From positions 1,376,001-1,440,000 of the forward strand of contig CAVSIV010000006.1 in assembly GCA_963728205.1 (NCBI GenBank): 64,000 nt of DNA, in the 5' to 3' direction. Shown piece by piece: positions 1-8,981 of this stretch. Every line of letters starts with the position of its first letter. The stretch's first letter is position 1. Under the pieces are notes generated by a model. The model saw nothing but the letters and a program-made list of their open reading frames with translations, had not been told where the DNA came from and did no database searches. Both the position numbers and the translations under genes were made by a program. This DNA comes from an uncultured Chloroflexia bacterium (GTDB lineage Bacteria > Chloroflexota > Dehalococcoidia > UBA2979).

Positions 1-128
1 CGCGTCGGCGGTGTGCACAGCCATCAGGCGCCTCCTCTCCTCGCTCGGCTTCGCTCGAGGTGCATCGACGCTATGCGCGGCACAGACGCTCGTCAACGCC
101 GAAGCTGGTTCACCACCCCGGCGAACCG

Positions 129-236
129 CGCGCGTAACGCGTGCGGGTCGCGTGGTCATCGGGACGCGCGTAACGCGTGCGGGTCGCGCGGTGATCGGGA
201 CGCGCGTAACGCGTGCGGGTCACGCGGTGATCGGGG
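129..236. repeat. 3 x 36-bp tandem repeat
   Basis: Unit cgcgcgtaacgcgtgcgggtcgcg(t/c)ggt(c/g)atcggga at 129, 165 and 201, with no spacers. Confidence 0.9.
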
Positions 237-393
237 CGCGCATCGCGCGACCCGCACCACGCGCGATGCACCGTCGGCGGGCAGAACGAATCGGCCGCCT
301 CCCGCGTTTACGCACTCGAGAGACGGCGTTGCGATGGTCGTGGCGGGGGGGTGCCGCCGGCCGTTGCGTCCACGAACGAGGGACGGCGACGAG

Positions 394-651
394 ATGAGCG
401 ACCCCAATACCCTGTTTCGCGTGGGAGACCGCGTCGTGCGGCGGGGATCGGGCGCGCTCGCGACGGTGCGCGCCCTGCGGGCGCTGGCCCCGAACGCATG
501 CGACCGGCTGCGGGTGATGTGGGACGACGGCGACGACAATCCCACGTGGCAGCCCGCGCTTGCCTTCGACCTCGTCCCGGGACCCTCCGTCGCCGCCGGC
601 TGCGGCGGCGAGGACGTCGAGGGGCCGCCCGTGCTCCGTCGCGCGGGCTAG
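394..651 (+). CDS. small hypothetical protein (85 aa), possibly SH3/KOW-like beta fold
   Basis: MSDPNTLFRVGDRVVRRGSGALATV...LRVMWDDG; protein-like composition, purine-rich upstream. Confidence 0.45.
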   Translation: MSDPNTLFRVGDRVVRRGSGALATVRALRALAPNACDRLRVMWDDGDDNPTWQPALAFDLVPGPSVAAGCGGEDVEGPPVLRRAG

Positions 652-741
652 CCGCTGGTCGACGGCCGGCAGTTCGGCCCGACACGGACCGGCCTGGGCT
701 TTCGTCCCGTGACCTGGCCGGGGTGGATGATCACCCTCGCG

Positions 742-804
742 TTCGTGGTGCTCGTGGTGCTCGTGGTGCTCGTGGTGCTCGTGGTGCTCGTGGTGCTCGT
801 GGTG
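742..804. repeat. 7 x 9-bp microsatellite (ctcgtggtg)
   Basis: Direct reading of the sequence. Confidence 0.9.
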
Positions 805-837
805 CGGCGCGCGTGCGCCGTCCATCCGGTCGCCGGG

Positions 838-1278
838 CTGTCGCGCCCGGCGTTCTGTCGGCGGCGTATCCGCCGCCGCTGAGGCGCTGTCGCACCCCGC
901 CGGCCGTCGGCGGCGTATCCGCCGCCGCTGAGGCGCTGTCGCACCCCGCCGGCCGTCGGCGGCGTATCCGCCGCCGCTGAGGCGCCGCCGCGCCCGGCGT
1001 TCTGTCGGCGGCGTATCCGCCGCCGCTGAGGCGCTGTCGCACCCGGCCGGCCGTCGGCGGCGTATCCGCCGCCGCTGAGGCGCTGTCGCGCCCGGCGTTC
1101 TGTCGGCGGCGTATCCGCCGCCGCTGAGGCGCTGTCGCACCCGGCCGGCCGTCGGCGGCGCATCCGCCGCCGCTGAGGCGCGGCAGCGCCGGCCGGCTGT
1201 CGGCGGCATATCCGCGGCCGCTGAGGCGCTGCCGCGCCCGGCCGGCTGCCGGCGGCGGATGCGCCGCCGCTGAGGCGC
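838..1278. repeat. 9 x ~49-bp tandem array, each unit carrying a REP-like palindrome
   Basis: Core gtcggcggcgtatccgccgccgctgaggcg repeated 9 times; the linkers are homologous to each other. Confidence 0.9.
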
Positions 1279-1290
1279 TGCCGCGCTCTC

Positions 1291-2499
1291 CTACCCGAAC
1301 ACCCGCTCCTCGGCCAGCGCTTCAATCTCCTCGGCGCCGTACCCGGCCTCCGTCAGCACCTCGAACGTGTGCTCGCCGGGCTGCGGCGCGGGGCCGCGCG
1401 CGCGGACGTCGGCGCCGGCAATCTCGAACGGCGCCGCGAGCGTCTCGTACGCGCCGCCCTCCGGCGTCTCGACGCGCTCGAACGCGCCGAGCGCCCGCAG
1501 CTGCGGGTCGTGGATGACGTCGGGGAGCAGCGCGACCGGCGCCCACAGCAGGCCATGCGCGTCGAGGCGCGCATACCAGTAGGTCGAGTCGTGCTCGCGG
1601 AAGCGCGCCTCGATGGCGGGGAGCAGCCCGGCGCCGTGCTGGAGCAGCGCGGGCGTCGTGCGGTAGCGGTCGTCCTCGGCCCACTCGGGGTAGCCGACGG
1701 CGCGGGCGAACGCGGCCCAGTAGCGGTCGGGGCGGTTCATCACGAGCATCACGCTGCGGCCGTCGGCCATCGCGTAGGCGTTCCACATGACCATGCCACG
1801 CTGCGCGCGGTGGACGCGCTCGGGCTGCGCCGGCTCGGCCTGGCCGAGCACGGTGGCGACGTCGCTGCCAATCGTCCACAGGCCGGTGCGCTGCAGGGTG
1901 ACGTCGACGAACTGCGCCTCGCCGGTGCGGTCGCGCAGGCGCAGCGCCGCGAGCAGGGCGGCGAGCAGGTTGAGGGCGGTGGGGTGGTCGCCCTGCCCGC
2001 CGCGGCTCTGCACGAACGGCGTGCCGGCCTCGCCCATCAGCGCCATCACGCCGGAGGCCGCCCAGAAGGCGCCGGCGTCGAAGCCGGCCTTGTCGGCGTC
2101 CGGGCCGCGCGAGCCGTAGCCGGAGAGCGCGCCGTAGACGACGCGCGGGCTGTGCGCGCGCAGGGCGTCGAAGCCGAGGCCGTAGCGCTCGAGCCGCTCG
2201 CGGGTGAGGTTCGTGACGAAGACGTCGGCGCCGGCGGCGAGGCGATGCACGACGTCGCGCCCGCGCGGCCGCTCGAGGTCGACGGTGACCGAGCGCTTGC
2301 CGCGGTTGTCGAGCTCGAAGTTGAAGTTGCGGGTGCCGTCGCCGCGCAGGTGCGCCATGTAGCCGCGATAGAAGTCGCCGCCGGGCGGCTCGACCTTCAC
2401 GACGTCGGCGCCGAGGTCGGCCATCAGCGCTGCGGCGCTGGGCGCCGCGAGCCAGTTCGCGACCTCGACGACGCGGATGCCGGTAAGCGGGGCGACCAC
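1291..2499 (-). CDS. CoA-transferase family III (CaiB/BaiF)
   Basis: PLTGIRVVEV, LGADVVKVEPPGGD, NRGKRSV and GEHT motifs; GTG at 2499 after GAGGAGG. Confidence 0.93.
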   Translation of the reverse strand: MVAPLTGIRVVEVANWLAAPSAAALMADLGADVVKVEPPGGDFYRGYMAHLRGDGTRNFNFELDNRGKRSVTVDLERPRGRDVVHRLAAGADVFVTNLTRERLERYGLGFDALRAHSPRVVYGALSGYGSRGPDADKAGFDAGAFWAASGVMALMGEAGTPFVQSRGGQGDHPTALNLLAALLAALRLRDRTGEAQFVDVTLQRTGLWTIGSDVATVLGQAEPAQPERVHRAQRGMVMWNAYAMADGRSVMLVMNRPDRYWAAFARAVGYPEWAEDDRYRTTPALLQHGAGLLPAIEARFREHDSTYWYARLDAHGLLWAPVALLPDVIHDPQLRALGAFERVETPEGGAYETLAAPFEIAGADVRARGPAPQPGEHTFEVLTEAGYGAEEIEALAEERVFG

Positions 2500-2548
2500 G
2501 GGCGCACCTCCTCGCTGAGGCGAGGATGGTAGCGGGGCGGTGGGCCGG

Positions 2549-2702
2549 CCCACAGCGGCGGCGGGCGCCGACCACAGCGACGGCAGGCGCGCGACCCACA
2601 GCGGCGACGGGCGCGCGACCACAGCGGCGGCGGGCACGCGACCCACAGCGGCGGCAGGCGCCGACCACAGCGGCGGCGGGCGCGTGCTGTCGCCGCTGTG
2701 GG
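2549..2702. repeat. REP-derived array (~23-bp period, ccacagcggcg core), 6 direct copies plus 1 inverted
   Basis: ccacagcg(g/a)cg near 2549, 2571, 2595, 2618, 2642, 2664; inverted copy at 2690-2702. Confidence 0.8.
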
Positions 2703-2876
2703 TCGCGCGCGGATGCGCGCATCCGCGTGCACGCCACGCGCTCCCCGTTCGGCTTCGGCCGTTTCGCTCCGCATCGGGGAAACACCGATTCCGGGCCGGG
2801 AGAGCACCGGTCAACATCGTGATGCGGCACGGAGAGCGGGCGCGCGAGGCGCGCCGAGAGGGCCGGAGCGCTGCTG

Positions 2877-4502
2877 ATGGAACACGCGAGCGGGATGCGC
2901 ACGGCGCCCGCGGGCTGGCGGGCCCTGCTGCCCACCGACCTGCGCGTCTCGGCGCACCTGTTTACGCGCATCGGCCTCGTGCTCGCGGCGATCTCCTTCG
3001 CCATCGTCCTCACCGCCGGCATCCCCGTCCTCGTCGGCTACGACTCCTTCGTCGTCACCGGCGGCAGCATGTCGCCGGGCATCCGCGCCGGCTCGCTCCT
3101 GATCTCGAAGCGCACGAACCCCACCGACATCCACCCCGGCGACGTGATCACCTTCCGCCGCGCCAATCGGCCGCAGACGGCCGTCACGCATCGCGTCGTC
3201 GGCGTGCGTCACGCCGAGGACGGCACGCCAATCTTCCGCACGAAGGGCGACGCGAACGCGACGGCCGACCCCGAGGAGCTGTCGGCGGAGCTGCCCATCT
3301 CGCGCATGGCGTTCACGGTCCCGTACGCCGGCTACCTGCTCGAGTTCGCGGCGACGCTGCCGGGCAAGGCGATCCTGATCCTGGTGCCGGCGCTCGGCCT
3401 CGTCGTGCTCTCGGTCGACGCCGCGCGGCGCGCCGTGGAGGCGCGTGCGCTGGCGGACGTGGACGAGCGGCGTCGCCGCGGGGCGACGCGCCGGCTCGCG
3501 CGCGAGAGCGGGGCGGCGACGCCGCGCCCGCGCTCCGCGGCTCCGCGCCGGGGGACCCGCACGTCGGACGGACCCGGACGGGTCGCCGGCGCGCTAGGAG
3601 CGGCGGGCGCACGCCTCGGGTCGCTCGCCCGCTGGCGACCGTCGCCGCCGGTGGCGCCGGCGCGCACCGAGGCGCGCCGAATCGCGTCGTCCGTGCCGGC
3701 CGCGCGGCCGCGCCCGGTCGCGTCCGACGACGATGAGGACGCCGGGCCGAAGTGGGTCGAGCGCGTGGCTGCCGACCTCACGCGGCAGATGGCGCAGCTC
3801 GAGCAGATCCGCGACCACGTCCTGAATGAGACCGGTCCCGTCGCGCGGCTGCTGGCCGAGCACGAGGAGCTGGTCGAGACGCTGAACGCGAACATCGAGC
3901 GCAAGCTGGCGCCGCTGATCGAGTACGCGGACAATCTGGACGCGGACATCGAGGACCTCAAGGACCGGCTCGGCGACGAGAACGCGGAGGACGTGACCGC
4001 ACCGCTCCGTCCGTACTTCGACGAGCAGCGCCGGCGGGTGGTCGAGACCCGTGCGCAGGTCGAGCGCCTGCGGCGGCCGCTGGACGACTACGTGCGCGCG
4101 CAGCGCGAGGCCATCGAGGCGGTGTTCCTGCCGTTCGAGGGCGAGGTGCGGGCGGTCGAGGACGGCCAGACCGACCAGCTGCGCATCCTCAAGCGCATGT
4201 TGACGGGGCTGCGGTCCGACCAGTTCGAGACGGCGGTGGAGTTCATCGAGGGCCGCCTCGAGGAGCTGCGCGCGCTGGCCGAGGCCGGCGCGAGCGACCC
4301 GGCGTCGATCGCGGCGTCGCTGCACGTGGGGGTCGACCGCACGGCCGACCTCAAGCGCGAGTCGCTGTACCTGGGGCCGGTGCTGGAGGCGCTGGCCTCC
4401 GCCGACGCGCGCGCCGCCGCGGCGCGGGCGAAGGAGCGCGCCATCGCCGCCGAGGCCGCCGGCATCGACGACGACGGCATCACGCGCATGGACGTCGCGT
4501 AG
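2877..4502 (+). CDS. sipW: SipW-type (S26B) signal peptidase I fused to a long C-terminal helical/coiled-coil region
   Basis: VVTGGSMSP (Ser), GDVITF, VTHRVV (His), FRTKGDAN..DP, flanking TM helices; then ~260 aa of acidic helical sequence. Confidence 0.85.
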   Translation: MEHASGMRTAPAGWRALLPTDLRVSAHLFTRIGLVLAAISFAIVLTAGIPVLVGYDSFVVTGGSMSPGIRAGSLLISKRTNPTDIHPGDVITFRRANRPQTAVTHRVVGVRHAEDGTPIFRTKGDANATADPEELSAELPISRMAFTVPYAGYLLEFAATLPGKAILILVPALGLVVLSVDAARRAVEARALADVDERRRRGATRRLARESGAATPRPRSAAPRRGTRTSDGPGRVAGALGAAGARLGSLARWRPSPPVAPARTEARRIASSVPAARPRPVASDDDEDAGPKWVERVAADLTRQMAQLEQIRDHVLNETGPVARLLAEHEELVETLNANIERKLAPLIEYADNLDADIEDLKDRLGDENAEDVTAPLRPYFDEQRRRVVETRAQVERLRRPLDDYVRAQREAIEAVFLPFEGEVRAVEDGQTDQLRILKRMLTGLRSDQFETAVEFIEGRLEELRALAEAGASDPASIAASLHVGVDRTADLKRESLYLGPVLEALASADARAAAARAKERAIAAEAAGIDDDGITRMDVA

Positions 4503-4515
4503 GCGGGTGTCCGAA

Positions 4516-4597
4516 CGCGCGGGCTCACGCCCGCGCTCGACGTCACCCGCCGCGGGCTCGCGCCCGCACCCGGCGAGCAGGGGGCGTCAGCCCGCTG
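4516..4597. repeat. inverted pair of a second REP family (GGGCTSACGCCC...GCTCG) beside the transposase
   Basis: gcgcgggctcacgcccgcgctcg and inverted cgagcagggggcgtcagcccgctg; related copy at 54021-54050. Confidence 0.65.
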
Positions 4598-5149
4598 TTT
4601 TCGGATCCGTGCCCAACCACAGCTCCGGAAACTCGGAACTCACCCACACGACCAGCGGCCACTCCTGTCCCCGGACGTACTCCACCGTCGCGACGACATC
4701 AGGCTCCGTCTTCAACCGCCGCCGCGAGCCGGAGACGGTCCACCACCGACGCCGCTCGGCGTGAGTGCGGTTCAGGGCGCGACTCCCGTAGCGCTTGAAC
4801 CCCTCGAGGAGCAACGCCGGATCCGGATCGCCGGGCACGCCGACCACCAGGTGCACGTGGTTTCGCATGATTGCGACTGCGAGCAAGGTCCATCCGGGAT
4901 ACGCGGCCGTCTCGTGGAACTGGGAGAGGAGGAGCCGCGCGTCGTGCGGCTGCAGACGGGTGGGCTCCTGCGCGAGTCGCCGCTGCGCCCGCCGCTCGAG
5001 CGCCGGGAGGCCGCCGGCGGATGGCAGCGTGGGGTGTTCAGGCGCACGGAGCCGCCATCGACGGCGCGCCGCGGACTGGCGGTGCCCCGGCGGTCGCCGG
5101 GAAGCCACGTGCCGTAGGTGGTCCAGGTAAGGAACCAGTAGCGGTCCAT
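4587..5149 (-). mobile_element. IS200-like Y1 (HUH) transposase, RAYT/TnpA-REP type; one frameshift near 5030
   Basis: N-terminal MDRYWFLTWTTYGTWLPGD in one frame; NHVHLVV (HUH), FKRYGSR, WWTVSGS and VEYVRGQ (catalytic Tyr) in another. Confidence 0.85.
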
Positions 5150-5511
5150 CCGGGGGCGCGGCGTGGGCATGGTGGGGCGAAGGTAGGGGCGGCGGCGCCC
5201 GGGGCGCCGGGGAAGGTGATGGGGTGGGCAGGCGAATCTGCGGGGGCGACGGGGCGCGTGAGGCAGACGCTCGCTCCCCGCCGTTCGCGCCCCTCCCTTC
5301 CGGGTTTTCCCCAACGCTCCCGGCTCCATCCCCTGCCGATGATCCCGGCGGAGTGAGACCCGGGCCGGCGCTCCGCTTCCATACCGCGTCCGGGTCGCCC
5401 ATCTCCACTGCCGCCGCCGGCGCCCAAGATCAGGGAACGCCCTGACGCCCGGCGCTTCAGGGGGGATGGGCGCGTCCCGACGATCACTCCAGGAAGACTG
5501 GGGGTACCGAC

Positions 5512-6072
5512 GTGGTCAAGGCGATGCTCGCGATGCTCCTCGCGACCGGGGTCATCGGCTCGTTCGTCGCGATCGACAGCCTGGCCGTGTTCACGGACCA
5601 GCAGGCGAACGCCGCGAACACGTTCACCGCGGGCAGCGTGTCGCTGACCGACACGCCGGCGTCGGCGCTCGTCACCTACGCGAACATGGCGCCCGGCGAC
5701 TCGACCACCCAGCCCCTCGTGATCAACAACGCGGGCAGCCTCGACCTGCGCTACTCGATGACGACGTCGGCGACGAACGTCGACGGCAAGAACCTCGGCA
5801 CCGAGCTGCTGCTGACGGTGCGCACGAAGACGGCGAACCCGTGCACGAACGAGGACGGGGCGGTGATCTACGGGCCGGCGGCGCTCGGCTCGGGCGCCTT
5901 CGGCTCGAACGCCCAGGGCGCGCAGGCCGGGGACCGCACCGTGACGGCGAGCGGGAGCGAGACGCTCTGCTTCAAGGTGGAGATGCCGCTCGCCGCGGCG
6001 AACGCCTACCAGGGCGCGACGACCACGGCGACGTTCACGTTCGACGCCGAGCAGACGAAGAACAACCCGTAA
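5512..6072 (+). CDS. TasA/CalY (camelysin-like) fibre subunit with SipW-type signal peptide
   Basis: Hydrophobic leader then SLA-VFTD...NTFTAGSVSL, NMAPGDS, INNAGSLDLRY, YQGATTTATFTFDAEQ. Confidence 0.85.
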   Translation: MVKAMLAMLLATGVIGSFVAIDSLAVFTDQQANAANTFTAGSVSLTDTPASALVTYANMAPGDSTTQPLVINNAGSLDLRYSMTTSATNVDGKNLGTELLLTVRTKTANPCTNEDGAVIYGPAALGSGAFGSNAQGAQAGDRTVTASGSETLCFKVEMPLAAANAYQGATTTATFTFDAEQTKNNP

Positions 6073-6131
6073 CGGCGCCGCGAGCGTATCCCGAACCGGC
6101 CGGCATTCCCCGGTGTGATCGGCAGCCGCTC

Positions 6132-6545
6132 ATGAACAGGCCTACCGTCGCCGCGCTGCTCACGTTCGCGCTGACGTGCGGGGTGCTCGCGCTGCACCTG
6201 GCCCCCGCGCCGAGCGGGGCCGTGTTCACCAGCACGCAGCCCAACGCCAGCGCGCTTACTGCGGACACCATGCAGCCGGCCACCGGGCTGGTCGCGGCGC
6301 AGTCGGCGAATCCCGGCGAGATCGACCTGACGTGGAATGCCAGCGCCTCGGTCTACACCGCCGGCTACGCCGTGTACCGCGCCACGGCATCCGGCGGCCC
6401 GTACGCGCTGGTCGCCTCGGTCGCCGGGAACGCTTACCCGGATCCCGGCCTCACCACCGGCGTCACCTACTACTACGTCGTGCAGGCCACGTACCAGAGC
6501 TGGACGAGCGCGTACTCGAACGAGTCGTTCATCGACGCCCCGTAG
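6132..6545 (+). CDS. secreted fibronectin type III protein with SipW-type signal peptide
   Basis: SGA-VFTS cleavage-like motif; IDLTWNAS, YAVYRAT, TYYYVVQA FN3 motifs. Confidence 0.75.
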   Translation: MNRPTVAALLTFALTCGVLALHLAPAPSGAVFTSTQPNASALTADTMQPATGLVAAQSANPGEIDLTWNASASVYTAGYAVYRATASGGPYALVASVAGNAYPDPGLTTGVTYYYVVQATYQSWTSAYSNESFIDAP

Positions 6546-6675
6546 GCGGCCCTCGCCGCGGCTTCGCGCCCGCGGGCGAGTCGCGTGAAGACGCCTGGTT
6601 GTTCCCGGCATCCCACGGTCCCGACGCCTCTACGCCGAACTGCGAATTGACCGCCTGGGACGCGCGGGACGATGA

Positions 6676-6885
6676 TCCGGGTGTCGGGAACCTACCGTCC
6701 GGTAGGGACCAGGCGAGCCGGGTCACACCTGTTGGAGAGGAGGGTCGATTGCCGGATCGGGAGATTCGGGCGCGACTGATCCGCCCCACGGGAGGAGGGC
6801 TCCGCCCTTGAAGCACGGAGACAACCTCAGGGCCTGAACGGCCTCCCTTTTTACGACGTCGGTTCCCGGGACGCACGGTCCCGGA
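6676..6885 (-). ncRNA. ssrS: probable 6S RNA
   Basis: 5' uccggga...cgggaacc pairs with 3' gguucccg...cccgga; gaaccgacgtcgtaaaaagggag resembles a 6S central bubble; small ctaccggacggtag hairpin; no credible ORF. Confidence 0.55.
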
Positions 6886-6995
6886 GCACGACCGACTCCC
6901 CGGCGTAGACACGCCGCGCCAGGAGGCCCGCAGGCCCGGTCGGCATTTGCTACTTGCGTTCGGCAGTTCTCGGCAGGCCCCGGCAACGGGGCCTG

Positions 6996-7060
6996 CTCTG
7001 TGTTCGCACTCTGTGTTCGCACTCTGTGTTCGCACTCTGTGTTCGCACTCTGTGTTCGCG
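6996..7060. repeat. 5 x 13-bp tandem repeat (ctctgtgttcgca)
   Basis: Near-perfect copies at 6996, 7009, 7022, 7035 and 7048. Confidence 0.95.
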
Positions 7061-7278
7061 CTACCGGCCAGGAGCAGCGCCGACGATGGCGGCGCTGCTC
7101 CGGGCCCGATCTGCCTGCGCGCGCTCCGCTTGCGCTCGCTCGCTCCGGCGAGCGCACGGTCGCTGCGGAGGGGATCGCGGTTTCCTTTGTGGATGAGGCC
7201 GCGCCGACCGGCTGCAAGACCTCCACGCGGCGTGCCGCGCGCGCCGCGGTGCGCGCGGCACGCCGCCGGAGGAACGGC

Positions 7279-7956
7279 TCAGGAGAGCCGTCGTTCCTTG
7301 AACTCGAGCATGCGCTTGCCCGTGTCCGCGAGCGTCTCCTCGGTCCACGCGTCGTTCACGGCGGGGAAGATCTCGCTCTCCTCCTCCGAGATGTGCTCTT
7401 CGAGCGTGCTCTTGATCTGCTCGATCAGGCCGCGCCACTCGTCGCTTCCCGGCGCCATCGAGCGCGTGCGCTCGATCATGCCTTCGACCTCGTCTACCTG
7501 TGACTGGTGCTCGTCGTCGTAGTCGGCGAGCGGACCGTCGTTGAGCTCCGCTTCGAGCGGGCCGTAGACGAACTGGTCCTCCATCTCCTCGTGGACCTTG
7601 AGGATCGGGATCAGATCGTCCCAGAGCCGGCCGGCCTCGGCGCCCTGCGCGCCGAGGATCTTCTTGAAGTAGGCCTTCTGCTCGCCGTGCATCTCGATCA
7701 GCAGCTGGATGGCGTCCAGGCTGTCGGCCTCCTCGGACGAGCCCGCCGAGAATTCGCCGAGGTGATCCCCTTCGACGCCGATGCGGACCGAGCCGTCCTC
7801 GACGCCCATCACGGTGTGGATGTTCAGCCAGTAGTCGGGCTTCATCGAGGCGTCGATCTTGAACGCCTGCGTCGCCACTTCCTTGATCGTGCCGAGCTCG
7901 CGATCGTCCGCGGTGAGCACGGTGGCTCCGACGGACAGGTCGGTGGCTCTGAGCAT
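7279..7956 (-). CDS. DUF2171/PRC-barrel-like domain fused to hemerythrin (HHE) domain
   Basis: VLTADDRELGTIKEV...PDYWL; then H...HEEMED...EH...HISEEESEIFP. Confidence 0.75.
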   Translation of the reverse strand: MLRATDLSVGATVLTADDRELGTIKEVATQAFKIDASMKPDYWLNIHTVMGVEDGSVRIGVEGDHLGEFSAGSSEEADSLDAIQLLIEMHGEQKAYFKKILGAQGAEAGRLWDDLIPILKVHEEMEDQFVYGPLEAELNDGPLADYDDEHQSQVDEVEGMIERTRSMAPGSDEWRGLIEQIKSTLEEHISEEESEIFPAVNDAWTEETLADTGKRMLEFKERRLS

Positions 7957-8078
7957 GGTTCATCCTCCAGGGTGCAGGCTCGCGCGCGGGGCGCGGCAGA
8001 GGCACCGTACGGACGTGCGCGTCGCGTTCGAATCACCGCGGGCGCCGCGCGCTTGCAAACGGGTGTGTGTTTGGCCGG

Positions 8079-8933
8079 CTAGATCCCCAGCTGCCGCCGC
8101 ACCGCGAAGTCGAGCACGCGGTCGGGGAGCCAGCGGCGCAGCATCGCTTCGATCTTCGCGTCGCGGCCGACGACGTAGCGGGTCTTCGGACGGCGCGACT
8201 CGAGCGCGTGCGCGACCGCGTCGGCGACGCGCTCGGGCGGGATGCCGGCTCGGCCGAGGCGGTACATCGTCTCGCGCGCGGGGGTCATCTGGGCGTCGTA
8301 GAGGCGGTGCGCCTCCTCGGGGATCTCGGCGAGCACCGCGTCGGCCGTCGCCATGCCCTTGTCCCAGATCGGGGTGGCGATCGTGCCCGGCTCGATCAGC
8401 GCGACGTGCAGCTTCCACGGGTGCAGCTCGACGCGCAGCGCGTCGCTGTACGCCTCGAGCGCGTGCTTCGTCATCGCGTACGGGCCGACGAACGGCGTGG
8501 CGAGCCGCCCGGAGATCGACCCCATATTCACGATGCGGCCGCGTGCCCGGCGCAGCGACGGCATGAACGCCTGGGTCGTGGCGACCAGGCCGATCACGTT
8601 GACCTCGAACTGGTCGCGCAGGCGCTCGCGCGAGAGGAATTCAAGAGGCCCGGGCAGCGCGACGCCGGCGTTGTTGACGAGGCCGGCGAGCCCCGTCTGC
8701 CCGACGGCGCCGGCGACGAGCGCCGCGGCGGCGTCGAGCGATCCCTGGTCGGTGACGTCGATGCGCAGCGGGACGAGCCGCTCGGACGCCGAGGCGCGCA
8801 GGCGCGCGCCGTCCGCGTCGCGGCGCACGCCGGCGAAGACGCGCCAGCCGCGCGCGTCGAGGTGCAGCGCGCACGCCTCGCCGATGCCGGTCGAGGCGCC
8901 GGTGATGACGACGGCCCCACGCGAAGCGCTCAT
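8079..8933 (-). CDS. short-chain dehydrogenase/reductase
   Basis: TGASTGIG, NNAG and YAMTK motifs. Confidence 0.95.
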   Translation of the reverse strand: MSASRGAVVITGASTGIGEACALHLDARGWRVFAGVRRDADGARLRASASERLVPLRIDVTDQGSLDAAAALVAGAVGQTGLAGLVNNAGVALPGPLEFLSRERLRDQFEVNVIGLVATTQAFMPSLRRARGRIVNMGSISGRLATPFVGPYAMTKHALEAYSDALRVELHPWKLHVALIEPGTIATPIWDKGMATADAVLAEIPEEAHRLYDAQMTPARETMYRLGRAGIPPERVADAVAHALESRRPKTRYVVGRDAKIEAMLRRWLPDRVLDFAVRRQLGI

Positions 8934-8981
8934 GGGTGGAACTCGCGCGCAGCGCTCATCGGCGGAACCCGCGCGCGGCAA

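Noticed and set aside
129-236. mini-CRISPR with 36-bp repeats
   Set aside because: The units abut directly with no spacers.
220-1209. His-rich (HHE)n metal-binding ORF
   Set aside because: Arises from the 9-bp microsatellite inside a repeat-derived frame; no RBS or domain support.
838-1278. CRISPR array
   Set aside because: The apparent spacers are about 19 bp and homologous to each other, the repeat is the dispersed REP, and no cas genes are present.
6996-7060. LexA box array
   Set aside because: Only same-direction half-sites at a 13-bp period; no GAAC-N4-GTTC palindrome.
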